The translations under genes and the position numbers were made by a program. Below are positions 46,748 to 55,943 of a stretch of 64,000 bases of DNA, piece after piece. The stretch lies in the IMG/VR virus record IMGVR_UViG_3300029267_004162, positions 198,651 through 262,650 of that record. One strand, written 5' to 3'. Positions within the stretch are counted from its first letter, which is position 1. Each line of letters starts with the position of its first letter. The notes beneath the pieces were generated by a model. It had not been told where the DNA came from, made no database searches, and saw only the letters and a program-made list of their open reading frames with translations.

Positions 46748-47040
46748 AACGCACTTTCCTCTTCGTCCTCTTCGTCCTCTTCTAACATACTGATGATGGC
46801 GTTTCGGGATTCTTGAAGGCCAGCCAAGGTCATGTCATTTATAGTTGCTTTTAGACAGTCAAAACAACAGCCAACTAGGCCCCTTTTCAAGGGATACCCA
46901 TGATCGGCGGATTCTTCATCATATAATGTAATCTCGGCCGCAGCCCATCCAAGAGGTAGTTCATCTTCAGTCGCAGTTGTTACGCTTTTGTCACAGTGGG
47001 GGTTGTCACAAGTGTAAACGAAACGGTAATCAACGCCCAT
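46744..47040 (-). CDS. hypothetical Zn-binding protein with acidic tail
   Basis: CDNPHC...CCFDC; convergent with the RecA-like gene. Confidence 0.6.
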   Translation of the reverse strand: MGVDYRFVYTCDNPHCDKSVTTATEDELPLGWAAAEITLYDEESADHGYPLKRGLVGCCFDCLKATINDMTLAGLQESRNAIISMLEEDEEDEEESAF

Positions 47041-47561
47041 TTGCTTTCTCCTGTGTAATTCCCCTCCTCCCTTCTTCTTACGGATTTGTTGTTGTGTTCA
47101 AGACCCTTCTGGTATTACTAGCTCTACAAAACGCCTCGATCATGGTAGTTCATGTAGAGGGGATATGTGAGGGTTCGAATAAGGTTGAACCAATCGTAGG
47201 AAACTTGTTGCCTCATTTTTCTCCTCAATACGTACTAACTGAGCGGAATGCCCCCGTAGGATTACATAACATACGTGAACAAGGATTTGTTGTAGTCGTT
47301 GGGGGTTATCTTAGGGCGTGCTATTCTAACGCTCTTCAAAAGTTGTTAGAAAATTCCGCTGGAGATTCACTGGGTCTAATTATTCCCATGCGAGCAGTGT
47401 ATCATGGGACCAATAGAACTCTGTATGAATATTACGTGGATAACCTCAAAAGGGATAACACCCTGCTTACTAGTTACATCAAGGAAGTAATCGAAGAGGC
47501 GGGGTTCACGAATTCCGAAATCCTGGTGTTGGGAGAAATCGTTATAATTTGGGAGAGATAG
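46977..47561 (+). CDS. hypothetical protein, possible isochorismatase/cysteine-hydrolase fold
   Basis: VVVVGGYLRACY resembles the catalytic-Cys loop; true start probably downstream of 47040. Confidence 0.35.
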   Translation: MLRFCHSGGCHKCKRNGNQRPFAFSCVIPLLPSSYGFVVVFKTLLVLLALQNASIMVVHVEGICEGSNKVEPIVGNLLPHFSPQYVLTERNAPVGLHNIREQGFVVVVGGYLRACYSNALQKLLENSAGDSLGLIIPMRAVYHGTNRTLYEYYVDNLKRDNTLLTSYIKEVIEEAGFTNSEILVLGEIVIIWER

Positions 47562-47564
47562 AAG

Positions 47565-47876
47565 ATGAATACCCAGTATGTGAAAAGACAATCCACCGTT
47601 ATCGAGGCTTTTCAACTAACGAGAGAAACTCGCAGGTCTAATGCGGATTGGCCAAGTTGGATGAACAAGGCTTGGAACTTACCTCGTCGTAAAACAAACT
47701 CTTTGTATCCTACGATTCCTAATACTAGCACCGGTATACTATCGGTCATGACACAAACTGGGGAACACCGTGTGTCCTTCGGTGATTGGATCATTCGGGA
47801 TGATGAAGGGAACCTGGAAAAATGTGGGAACCACATTTTTGAACTGACTTACAAAAGAGTCGAGTCCGATGCCTAA
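47565..47876 (+). CDS. conserved small phage protein (VIEA...GDWII...IFE.TY family)
   Basis: YVKRQSTVIEAFQ...GDWIIRDDEGNLEKC..HIFELTY. Confidence 0.75.
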   Translation: MNTQYVKRQSTVIEAFQLTRETRRSNADWPSWMNKAWNLPRRKTNSLYPTIPNTSTGILSVMTQTGEHRVSFGDWIIRDDEGNLEKCGNHIFELTYKRVESDA

Positions 47877-48228
47877 AAGAAATCGCAAATCGCTCGTTAA
47901 CAGTTTGTTGCGACCTAAGATTGTATGGGAAGAAGCCAAAACTGGTAGGGCCAAGTGTACTAATAAAGCGTGTGGGAAACCCATAGTTCAGTTTTCTGCT
48001 AGACTGGTGGCCTATCAATTCAATAAATTTTCCGGACGTGATCAACAGGTGTTTTATTGTGAGGAATGCGGAAAGAAGTTATTCGATAATACAATCGCTC
48101 AGTTAAAAAAGATTAAGAAGGCCGGAAAAATTCTTAGAAAACAAAGCAAGTGGCTTTCTGATTCTTATTTGACGGAGACGGGTTGGGAGTTGGTAGAAGC
48201 GTCATTGGAATTTGGTGGGCTGGATTGA
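47869..48228 (+). CDS. PARP-type zinc-finger-like protein
   Basis: EEAKTGRAKC...CGKPI....RL...FYCEEC versus the zf-PARP pattern EYAKSGRAKC..C...I....R...WxHxxC. Confidence 0.55.
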   Translation: MPKRNRKSLVNSLLRPKIVWEEAKTGRAKCTNKACGKPIVQFSARLVAYQFNKFSGRDQQVFYCEECGKKLFDNTIAQLKKIKKAGKILRKQSKWLSDSYLTETGWELVEASLEFGGLD

Positions 48229-48242
48229 CTGGAGGTGCTGAT

Positions 48243-48683
48243 ATGTTTAAGCGGATACAGTTTTGGATGGTGCTGGAATACGTCTTTTTGTTGATCTGTG
48301 TTCTTTTCGCGGCTATAATCACAGGACAAATCCTGGGTGAATGGGTAGGAGCCGTTTCTCTGACAGACACCGCTTTGTTGGGTTTGTTTAATATGATGGT
48401 GGCGATCTATTGTCGGCTCAATCGACTAAAGGAAGTACATACTGAACTGACTCGTCTTAGGGCTGCTGCACCCGATCTCTTGGAAGCGTGCAAAAAGACT
48501 GTGGCGTCATGTTTCGGGTGTAATGGTAATGGGATGCGAGCGAGACCAGGACTTGAATCATGGCATACAGAAAACGGTGCTGTGCCTCCTGAAGATTCCG
48601 AATTTCCATGTCCTACTTGTAGTCTCGCTCGTACCGCAATCGCCAAGGCTACGGGAACCACCGTTAGTGAGCCTAAAGACTGA
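48243..48683 (+). CDS. membrane-anchored hypothetical protein
   Basis: Two hydrophobic helices, AAAPDLLEAC motif, two CxxC pairs; ATG after GGAGG. Confidence 0.6.
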   Translation: MFKRIQFWMVLEYVFLLICVLFAAIITGQILGEWVGAVSLTDTALLGLFNMMVAIYCRLNRLKEVHTELTRLRAAAPDLLEACKKTVASCFGCNGNGMRARPGLESWHTENGAVPPEDSEFPCPTCSLARTAIAKATGTTVSEPKD

Positions 48684-48689
48684 ATATGA

Positions 48690-49049
48690 ATGATCACCAC
48701 GATGTATCTTTGGGGCGGAGGTTGGATAATGAGTATAGAAGGAGTTATGAAGCAAGCCGTAGAACAGGGTTGGCTTCGACCCGGCACAACAGTATTCGCA
48801 ATAAAAGAACTAACTAAAGACTGGTGGGTGACAACAGTCCCTCAAAAACTTACCGGAATATTTCTCCATGCTGCCCTAGACAAACTCGGAGGTTTGCAGA
48901 TTCAGTGTCAGTACCAGTTTGGGGAACGACAAGTTTATAACCATAAGGATTTATTTCCAGATTTCTCCGCAGCACAAGAAGAATGCAATAATCGCAATGG
49001 GGCGATAATAGGGGTAGGTCTTTCTTCGATGGATGATGATGAGGAGTAA
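48690..49049 (+). CDS. hypothetical protein
   Basis: 119-aa ORF. Confidence 0.5.
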   Translation: MITTMYLWGGGWIMSIEGVMKQAVEQGWLRPGTTVFAIKELTKDWWVTTVPQKLTGIFLHAALDKLGGLQIQCQYQFGERQVYNHKDLFPDFSAAQEECNNRNGAIIGVGLSSMDDDEE

Positions 49050-49054
49050 ATGGG

Positions 49055-49705
49055 ATGACAGGGCCAAAACAAGTTACTTGCAGTATTTGCGGAGAAACTG
49101 TCTTCAAGGCTCGGACTGCTCATGTAGGAAATGGTGAGCGGGCTTGTAAAGAACATGAGGGGGTAGTTGACAAAGCTAATCAGGTTCAGATCCAACAGCA
49201 AGAAACACTTCGGAAATCAAGAAAGCCAAAGACGAAGCCGGATCGAACACGGGACTTCAAGAAGGAACTGGTATGCATGACTTGCGGCCAAGAGAGTGTA
49301 AAGGTTTCTGACATTCTTTCCGAAGTCCTGGTAATAAGTAAGAAAATGGAGATGGGGGGTGAACCCATTAACCTGTTACTTAACCCCGCTAAGGTAATAA
49401 ATGAAGCTAGAAAGTCTTTTGGCGAAAAGAAGCCCATGTACGTTTTCACGAAGGATGAATTAACTGCAGACCAGTGGCAGAGGGTTAAGAAGAATGCTGG
49501 TCACCTTCGAGAAGTTCTCGACCTCTTTGGGGTTATCGGGGTATGTGTAGAGTGTTGTACGAAACTGGATCTCCCCGATAAACTGCAACAAATTGAACAA
49601 CCTTCTTTAGAGACCTTATCGTTAATGGGGGCCATGATGGAAGAACCCTTCAGGCAAGAGGTGGAGCGGAGAGCGGAGGCGGAGGCGGAGGCGGAGGCGG
49701 ACTAA
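49055..49705 (+). CDS. hypothetical Zn-finger protein
   Basis: CSIC...C..H, CMTC, CVEC. Confidence 0.6.
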   Translation: MTGPKQVTCSICGETVFKARTAHVGNGERACKEHEGVVDKANQVQIQQQETLRKSRKPKTKPDRTRDFKKELVCMTCGQESVKVSDILSEVLVISKKMEMGGEPINLLLNPAKVINEARKSFGEKKPMYVFTKDELTADQWQRVKKNAGHLREVLDLFGVIGVCVECCTKLDLPDKLQQIEQPSLETLSLMGAMMEEPFRQEVERRAEAEAEAEAD

Positions 49706-49708
49706 TAT

Positions 49709-50107
49709 ATGCCTACGATGCCCAAATCTTGGCGAGGTAAGCCTCTTAGGACCCCAATAGGGCGTGTCTTAGAAATAGCTATTGAAGAGGCCCTGAAGAG
49801 CGAAGTTAAACGATCCAAGCACAGTGCTTTAGGTTTAGACAGTCGGTTAAGGAATGTTCTTTCTAGGACTCATAACACACGAGTTTTTGGTTACAAGAAC
49901 AAATGGACTCTTCATGCCGAAGAACGGCTGCTAGCAAAGATCAGAGAACCACTCCACACCATGTTAATATGCCGGGTTATGGGAAATCGGTCTTTTGGTA
50001 ACAGCAAACCATGTCCAAGGTGTATGCAATTACTCCAGGAATCGGGAGTAAAACGAGTGATTTTTTGGCAAGGTGGGGTTTGGACCAGTCTTCTTTTACT
50101 TCGTTAA
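49709..50107 (+). CDS. cytidine/deoxycytidylate-deaminase-like protein
   Basis: HAEE...SKPCPRC...GVKRVIF. Confidence 0.8.
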   Translation: MPTMPKSWRGKPLRTPIGRVLEIAIEEALKSEVKRSKHSALGLDSRLRNVLSRTHNTRVFGYKNKWTLHAEERLLAKIREPLHTMLICRVMGNRSFGNSKPCPRCMQLLQESGVKRVIFWQGGVWTSLLLLR

Positions 50108-50538
50108 AAAAGAGGATTTTTGTACAAAAAGGACTGGTTATGGGTGCTTCATCTACCACTTACCTCTGCGAGTTTACACCTGAACAAATGCGCGTCATAC
50201 GCGTAGCCCTGGATTGTTTTTCGCGGATAGGCATGGGTCAACTGAGCGCGGCGGTCGACCACTTATCGCAGAATAATCGGCTCTCCTCCAAGAATGTTAA
50301 TGATCTGCGTGAACAACTAAAACAGTTAGAGCCTTTGGCCACAGGTTTGCCCTACACCGGCCATTTGGGTATTACCAATTCAACCATCGGGGAAGACCAT
50401 AAGATGGCCTGGGATATCATGCAAACACTGCGTCATTGTCAAGCATGGGAGGAACACCCTGGGGGTGGCTGGTCCGTTGATTTCGATAAACCAATGAAAA
50501 CGTCTACGTGTCCTTTACCGAAAGTGCAAGTAAAGTAA
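50011..50538 (+). CDS. hypothetical protein
   Basis: ORF; true start probably the ATG near 50141. Confidence 0.55.
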   Translation: MSKVYAITPGIGSKTSDFLARWGLDQSSFTSLKKRIFVQKGLVMGASSTTYLCEFTPEQMRVIRVALDCFSRIGMGQLSAAVDHLSQNNRLSSKNVNDLREQLKQLEPLATGLPYTGHLGITNSTIGEDHKMAWDIMQTLRHCQAWEEHPGGGWSVDFDKPMKTSTCPLPKVQVK

Positions 50539-50548
50539 GGAGAACCTT

Positions 50549-50947
50549 TTGCCAGGTCAACAACAGCAACAATTGTCTATCGATCCGCAGCAGTTAATTC
50601 AAGGAATGGTTATATCGCCATTTCAGGCTTTGATTTTAAGAGCCATGTTTGAACAATGTTTCCCCGAGGAAGCTGATCGTGCGAAAAGAACGGAAGCGAT
50701 AAAGGGAGTCATCACACTAGGTTTGGATAATACATTCAAGCAGATGCGTGCTGATTCCAACCTATCTCACATGGTGATTGACGGGTCTTTGTCGAAGATG
50801 GAAGAAATGGCAAAACACGCCTGTGCTTCCATATGCGACGATTTCACTAAATTGCCTGATTTGAATGAAGCAGCTCAGGCGGCGACCGAGGAAACCGAAG
50901 CGGAAACCGAGTCTAAGTCTGGTCCCAAATTAGTATTGGAGGAGTAA
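50549..50947 (+). CDS. hypothetical protein
   Basis: 132 aa; AAGGAG RBS, TTG start. Confidence 0.6.
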   Translation: MPGQQQQQLSIDPQQLIQGMVISPFQALILRAMFEQCFPEEADRAKRTEAIKGVITLGLDNTFKQMRADSNLSHMVIDGSLSKMEEMAKHACASICDDFTKLPDLNEAAQAATEETEAETESKSGPKLVLEE

Positions 50948-50993
50948 CATCGCTACCGCTACTGAGAAAAAGAAAAAACCGATAGCTAAGAAA

Positions 50994-51536
50994 ATGGAAA
51001 CAAGGCTAACAGAAGTTGAGGAACAGGTTCAAAATTTACGCGATCAAGTGTTAACGCTCTCAAGAAAACTGAATCGGGTGGATCGGAAGGCTACCGGAAA
51101 GAAGAGTGGTAGGGGTGTTGTGCTTGATATCACTGTTGAAGAACTGCAAAATCATATTCAGCAATTGGCTGAGAAATCGTCTCTAACTGATAGATATTTG
51201 AGGTATCATGAGTATCTGCCAGTTGAAGAAGTCCCCAAATGGCAAGTTGAAGAGCAAGTTACGGCTAAGAAAGAGATAACAAAACTGGCCAACCGCCATC
51301 GATTAGCCACTAAACTCCCATATACCGCAGAACAATTGGCTGCAATGCCCATTAAGGATTTAGTATCAGTTATGGGCTTAGTCGGTAGTAACCCCTTCAA
51401 TTGTAAACCAGCTAATCGCATTAAAGAGGTGCTTGGCCTTCAAGATGCGTTTGACTTTGAGAAATGGGAAAAATCTGTTTTTGAAGTCGAGTGGGAAGAG
51501 GAAGAGGACGAGGACGAGGACGAGGAAGAATCGTGA
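50994..51536 (+). CDS. hypothetical protein with coiled coil and acidic tail
   Basis: 180 aa ending EEEEDEDEDEEES. Confidence 0.65.
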   Translation: METRLTEVEEQVQNLRDQVLTLSRKLNRVDRKATGKKSGRGVVLDITVEELQNHIQQLAEKSSLTDRYLRYHEYLPVEEVPKWQVEEQVTAKKEITKLANRHRLATKLPYTAEQLAAMPIKDLVSVMGLVGSNPFNCKPANRIKEVLGLQDAFDFEKWEKSVFEVEWEEEEDEDEDEEES

Positions 51537-51805
51537 TACCACGCCATCCAGTATCAAAAGTAGAATTCAACGCGGTATTGGATAGATTTGCGGCTATTTT
51601 GGGGGGATCGCAAGCTCTAGGGATTGAACCTTCAATGAATGCCGTTGTACGTGCGACTAAAATCATAATAAAGCTATGGATATCAGGGGTTCAAAGTCGC
51701 TGGGAAGATGAGGAGATTTTGAAGGAGCAGATAGGATTTTTACAAGATGAACCGGGCCATTTCGTATTCGTGGAAGGGGGTAGTCATGCCACCACCAGTT
51801 TATGA
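51533..51805 (+). CDS. hypothetical protein
   Basis: GTG overlaps the upstream stop; MIPRHPVSKVEF... Confidence 0.45.
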   Translation: MIPRHPVSKVEFNAVLDRFAAILGGSQALGIEPSMNAVVRATKIIIKLWISGVQSRWEDEEILKEQIGFLQDEPGHFVFVEGGSHATTSL

Positions 51806-52715
51806 ACCGGAGCATTGGGATGAAAGTCTTTGGGGAGAAGAGGATCATCCACCACCCACGATTCCACAGTTGGGAGCAATAGGCCCAGGAGTAAAGGGAT
51901 ACCAGAAGTTGGACTTCGGGGATGACCTGTGCCAAGGAGAATGTACTTGTTGTATTCTTCAACCTATCCTTACTTCAACCGAAGCGAACCATTTTACTCG
52001 TAAAGTCTCTCTTACAGAGAACTTGTGGAAGGCTCCAGTTGATTGCCCCCATTTAACTGGGGCGACGGCTGCTTGTACTGGATGCAGTGCTGGAGTGCTG
52101 AAGCCTATAGATTGTGAATGTTATCCTTTAGTTCCTCAACCTTCTGGGATCGTAGCTGATCCGGGTTGTCCTCAAGCTTGGCGTGCGGCTAAAATGTTCT
52201 ACAAGGAATGGCCCAGTCGCCGGCTAGTGAAGAGCGTGATCAGTTGTATCCAATGGGCGAATCTCCCCGAATTTGCTGAATACGCCCAATTTCACGCTGA
52301 CTTGGAAAAAGAGGAATACACCCCCTTCTCTCCCTCGTTACCCTGGTATGAAGCCGCTGCCTTTGTGAGGTATTTTACTTCGCCAGGAAAAAGAGTGCTT
52401 CTCCCTGAAATTCCGGGCAAGCGCAGTCAAGATTTGAAACACCCTGTTCTTAGTCGTTGCCCAGTATGGGTAGTAGAAAATGGGTGGGCTCAACTCTGGT
52501 GGACCGAATTGGAAGACACCATTTATCAAGCGTATCTACCATCGGGGTGGACCGGAGCTTGTTCCCTGGAAGAATTGCAGGGCTACATAAAAGATGACCC
52601 CTTTATCTCGGGATTGGAAACTGGTACTCTTGATTCGGGAGTAGAGAAGCTAGTAACCGGGCGAATTGGCGCGGCTATTCAGGATATGGACCAAGGTCTG
52701 GGTTTGATTTCTTAA
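51747..52715 (+). CDS. YkgJ-like CxxxCxCC (putative Fe-S) protein with C-terminal extension
   Basis: CQGECTCC...CPHL...C...KPIDCECYPL; likely start at MPPPVY. Confidence 0.6.
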   Translation: MNRAISYSWKGVVMPPPVYEPEHWDESLWGEEDHPPPTIPQLGAIGPGVKGYQKLDFGDDLCQGECTCCILQPILTSTEANHFTRKVSLTENLWKAPVDCPHLTGATAACTGCSAGVLKPIDCECYPLVPQPSGIVADPGCPQAWRAAKMFYKEWPSRRLVKSVISCIQWANLPEFAEYAQFHADLEKEEYTPFSPSLPWYEAAAFVRYFTSPGKRVLLPEIPGKRSQDLKHPVLSRCPVWVVENGWAQLWWTELEDTIYQAYLPSGWTGACSLEELQGYIKDDPFISGLETGTLDSGVEKLVTGRIGAAIQDMDQGLGLIS

Positions 52716-52721
52716 CAGGAC

Positions 52722-54353
52722 ATGTCAATGCGAGTTATCACCATTGAGGATTATCACAAAAATTGGCTAGGGTCTGATGACTATCGCTATTGGATACACC
52801 AGTCCTGTGAAGATTTGGGATACTACGATGGTGAAGAAGTTAGACCGGAGCATGACCCTGATGTTCTAACTCGATTAATTCGACGAGAAATGACGTGGCT
52901 TAAATCAAAACGCACCAAAGCCATTTTGGTTGAGCTTGATCACCGATGTCACGCTGTTTTATGTACTGAGGGGTGGTTTGAAGAGAGGAAATGGGAACCG
53001 TCGGGTTATTACATGGTAGCTGGTTTTTTACCGACGTGTACACCTGATGTATTAGCTCATCCTGAAGTGATAAAACACATTCCCGTTCCGTTTGAAACAT
53101 GGGGTCAGTCTCCATTTTGGCGGTTGCACGACGAATCCCTTCCTATTCCTACTGATAAATGGGGATTGGTAAAGATACCAGAGTCTTGGGATGTGTACCT
53201 TACGACTGTAAAAAAGAAAGCTCGCCAAACTATCCGGAAACTGTTAAAGGCTAATTCCGGTTTGAAATTTGAGGGTGTTTCTTTTGATACAGCAAAAGAA
53301 GCTTATCTGGGCATGCGGGATGTTTTTAAAGCTCGTTGGACATACGGGGAAAGTTCTAAAGCGAACGCGTTTTCCGTTTATGAAACCGGGTTATTAGAAT
53401 ATTTGCCTGGAATGCAATACCATTTGGTTCTAGATGGAAACGACGGAGACAGGGTTCTTGGTGTCAACACCTCATTGACCAATATTCTTCATAATTGTCT
53501 TTGTGACCACGCTTTTATCCGGGATTTAGACCATCCCGTTATGACTGATAACAAAAGATACGTTGGGAGTTGGGTCGTTTGTAAGATGATCCAATTGGCG
53601 ATCACAAAACAATTTGAGTGGTACGACCCAGGTTATGGAGAAGAAGCAGGGGCCGCATATAAACGGAAGTTTAACAACCATCACACCACATACCCAGTAT
53701 TTAGCATTTTTCCTTCGTGGGAAAACGTACCCTTAATTTATTTTCTTCCCGTTTGTGTGGAAGGAAAATTTTATCTGGGCGATCGGACGACTACTTTTGC
53801 AGAAAAACTGCTTGAAACCCGAGAAAGGTTCTGTGACAGAGTCTCTCCCGAGGTGCGGAGCCGATTGTTATTCAGCAACGCGCGATCTGATTCGTCGATT
53901 CCCACCAAAACGCAGACGGCCTATCGACACACTTATCAAAACCACTTCAGGGAGATAGTGGATTTCGTAAAAACCCTATATTGCACAGGAAAGCTGGATT
54001 TTGAAACGGATTTCGTAATCCATCTGGGTTGTCGGGATGGTCAAGCGGTTATGGAATTGCGAGCTTGTGGAATAGAAGCTTATGGGATGGATTTACCCGA
54101 ATGGCTAGCCATGGGTACTCCGGAATTCATCAGAGAATTCGCTTTGGACGGAGATTGGAAAATGGATCCGATCTCAGCGCCCGTTCTCTTGTGCTGGGAT
54201 TTAGCCGAAGAGAAGAACATGGAGATCATTAAGGCTGTGGGACAAAGGGTTGTTTCTCATTTGGTTACCTTCTATGACGATATTGATCAGTTAGTAGCCC
54301 CATTAACTGATTGTGGTCTGGTACGAGGTGATGGGATATGGACCGTCAAATAG
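52722..54353 (+). CDS. Fem/CelD-like tandem GNAT (Acetyltransf_6-type) fused to a class I methyltransferase-like domain
   Basis: WDVYLTTVKKKARQTIRK...GSWVV.KMIQ.A...YDPGYG...YKRKF; C-terminal VIHLGCRDG....G.EAYGMD. Confidence 0.65.
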   Translation: MSMRVITIEDYHKNWLGSDDYRYWIHQSCEDLGYYDGEEVRPEHDPDVLTRLIRREMTWLKSKRTKAILVELDHRCHAVLCTEGWFEERKWEPSGYYMVAGFLPTCTPDVLAHPEVIKHIPVPFETWGQSPFWRLHDESLPIPTDKWGLVKIPESWDVYLTTVKKKARQTIRKLLKANSGLKFEGVSFDTAKEAYLGMRDVFKARWTYGESSKANAFSVYETGLLEYLPGMQYHLVLDGNDGDRVLGVNTSLTNILHNCLCDHAFIRDLDHPVMTDNKRYVGSWVVCKMIQLAITKQFEWYDPGYGEEAGAAYKRKFNNHHTTYPVFSIFPSWENVPLIYFLPVCVEGKFYLGDRTTTFAEKLLETRERFCDRVSPEVRSRLLFSNARSDSSIPTKTQTAYRHTYQNHFREIVDFVKTLYCTGKLDFETDFVIHLGCRDGQAVMELRACGIEAYGMDLPEWLAMGTPEFIREFALDGDWKMDPISAPVLLCWDLAEEKNMEIIKAVGQRVVSHLVTFYDDIDQLVAPLTDCGLVRGDGIWTVK

Positions 54354-54976
54354 ACAAGCGATTTGAACAAGCCTATTTTGATACCTATTGCGATGGGAAA
54401 CCCTACTATAAAACTCTCTCCGCTCATTTGTTTGGCTTTAATTGGTTGGTTTTTTATCTGTGTCTAGCTTTTAATAAACCGAAAGAGGACATGGTAAATT
54501 GGCTTCGTGGAAAGTCACTGCTGGATGCAGGATGCGCCTTTGGTCATGTTGTCCATGATTTCTCAGAAGCCGGGGTTCTCGCTTGCGGGTATGATTGTGC
54601 TGAGTACGCCATTACCAATAGCCTCCCCTCAGTACAAGAAGACGTTTGGTTGGGTGACTCGGTTGATGTACTTCCTAACTTTCGGGAGAATTCATTCGAT
54701 ATCGTTTTCTCCAACAGTTTTCAATACGCTCGTTCTGATGAAGAACTGGCTTTGTTTCTAAGTGAATCCCAAAGAATAAGTCGCTACTTCACCTTCATCA
54801 TTACGGCTACTCCTGACTCCGAAGACCATGGTAGACCCTTAGCTAATGATACTCCATATTCCGTCTGGATTAGTCGAGCGGAATGGGAAAAGAAACTGAA
54901 AGACGCGGGTTTCCAAGAGGTTATTTTTGTTGACCTTTTACCATTTGCGGCTTTCAACCAGATTCCGGAGGTGTAG
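54338..54976 (+). CDS. class I SAM-dependent methyltransferase
   Basis: LLDAGCAFG, GYDCAEYAI, SFDIV. Confidence 0.85.
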   Translation: MDRQIDKRFEQAYFDTYCDGKPYYKTLSAHLFGFNWLVFYLCLAFNKPKEDMVNWLRGKSLLDAGCAFGHVVHDFSEAGVLACGYDCAEYAITNSLPSVQEDVWLGDSVDVLPNFRENSFDIVFSNSFQYARSDEELALFLSESQRISRYFTFIITATPDSEDHGRPLANDTPYSVWISRAEWEKKLKDAGFQEVIFVDLLPFAAFNQIPEV

Positions 54977-55943
54977 TTTGATTTCGGATGGGGTGCTTAC
55001 TTCAATAAGACCTGATCTATCAGGGGTTAAACGAGCGACCGATTTGTTGACCTATGATATTGCTGGGGAGGAACACCTTGCCCGTCCATTGTATCTTGTT
55101 CATTGGTCCGGGGTGTATCCAGTTTCGCAATTTCTGGGGGTGTTGTCTCTCCCTAGTGCAAGATTAATAGATTACTTTTTGGACAACATCCACGCTCTAA
55201 ATAGTTTAGTTAGCATCGCCAAAAGAAACAGTTTGGATTATTCTTTCGTCTATCAGCCTCTTTCTGTTGACGACACCCCTGTTCGTCATAATGAGGGGGA
55301 TGAGGGAGACAAGTTCCGTCATTGGTATTTCCCTGCTCTCGGTTGGGAAACGTATCTAACATCCAGGGTTTCTAAAACTAGAAAGAAAATCCGGAGGTAC
55401 ATACGAGCGGCTGTGGGGTATGAAGTTCAGGTTTTTGTCAATCAATGGCCGGAGCCTCAACGACCTGTTGATGAAATGTGGGAATTATGTTTACAAAAAT
55501 ACCCCGATTCCTATGAAACGATGGCGGAGCGAGGAGAAATAGGTCATCTTCGTACGTATTTCTCAGCGATAATGGAGAGTGTTGGCACCAACACGCCTGT
55601 ATTCGCCTTCACTTTCTTATTCAAAGATGGCCAATTTGTCGCCGGGGGTTTAGTTCATTACATGACTGTCTTTGGGGAAAAATGGGGGCAATTGATTTTG
55701 GCGATCAGTAAATTTGCTGAGTACCCTGATTCAGGGAACGTTTTAGTTAGTTTGATGTTAAAACAAATTTTAGACGGGGGTTTCGGTGTTCATTACCAAA
55801 CCGACGATTTACCTTGGAAAGAAACGTTGTGGGGTATGTATCCTTTACCCGTGTTTAATATGTGTACTGAACCTGGGTACACAGCCCTTATTGAAGGTAG
55901 AGAAGTAGAATCGTGGGATTATTCCATTAAGGAATATGTGTAA
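54927..55943 (+). CDS. Fem/CelD-like GNAT (Acetyltransf_6-type), paralogous to 52722
   Basis: WETYLTSRVSKTRKKIRR...FKDGQFVAG...SGNVLV.LML....G...WK..W. Confidence 0.6.
   Translation: MLTFYHLRLSTRFRRCSLISDGVLTSIRPDLSGVKRATDLLTYDIAGEEHLARPLYLVHWSGVYPVSQFLGVLSLPSARLIDYFLDNIHALNSLVSIAKRNSLDYSFVYQPLSVDDTPVRHNEGDEGDKFRHWYFPALGWETYLTSRVSKTRKKIRRYIRAAVGYEVQVFVNQWPEPQRPVDEMWELCLQKYPDSYETMAERGEIGHLRTYFSAIMESVGTNTPVFAFTFLFKDGQFVAGGLVHYMTVFGEKWGQLILAISKFAEYPDSGNVLVSLMLKQILDGGFGVHYQTDDLPWKETLWGMYPLPVFNMCTEPGYTALIEGREVESWDYSIKEYV

Noticed and set aside
49672-49702. GCGGAG hexamer run
   Set aside because: Short Ala-Glu coding slippage at a C-terminus; no sign of function
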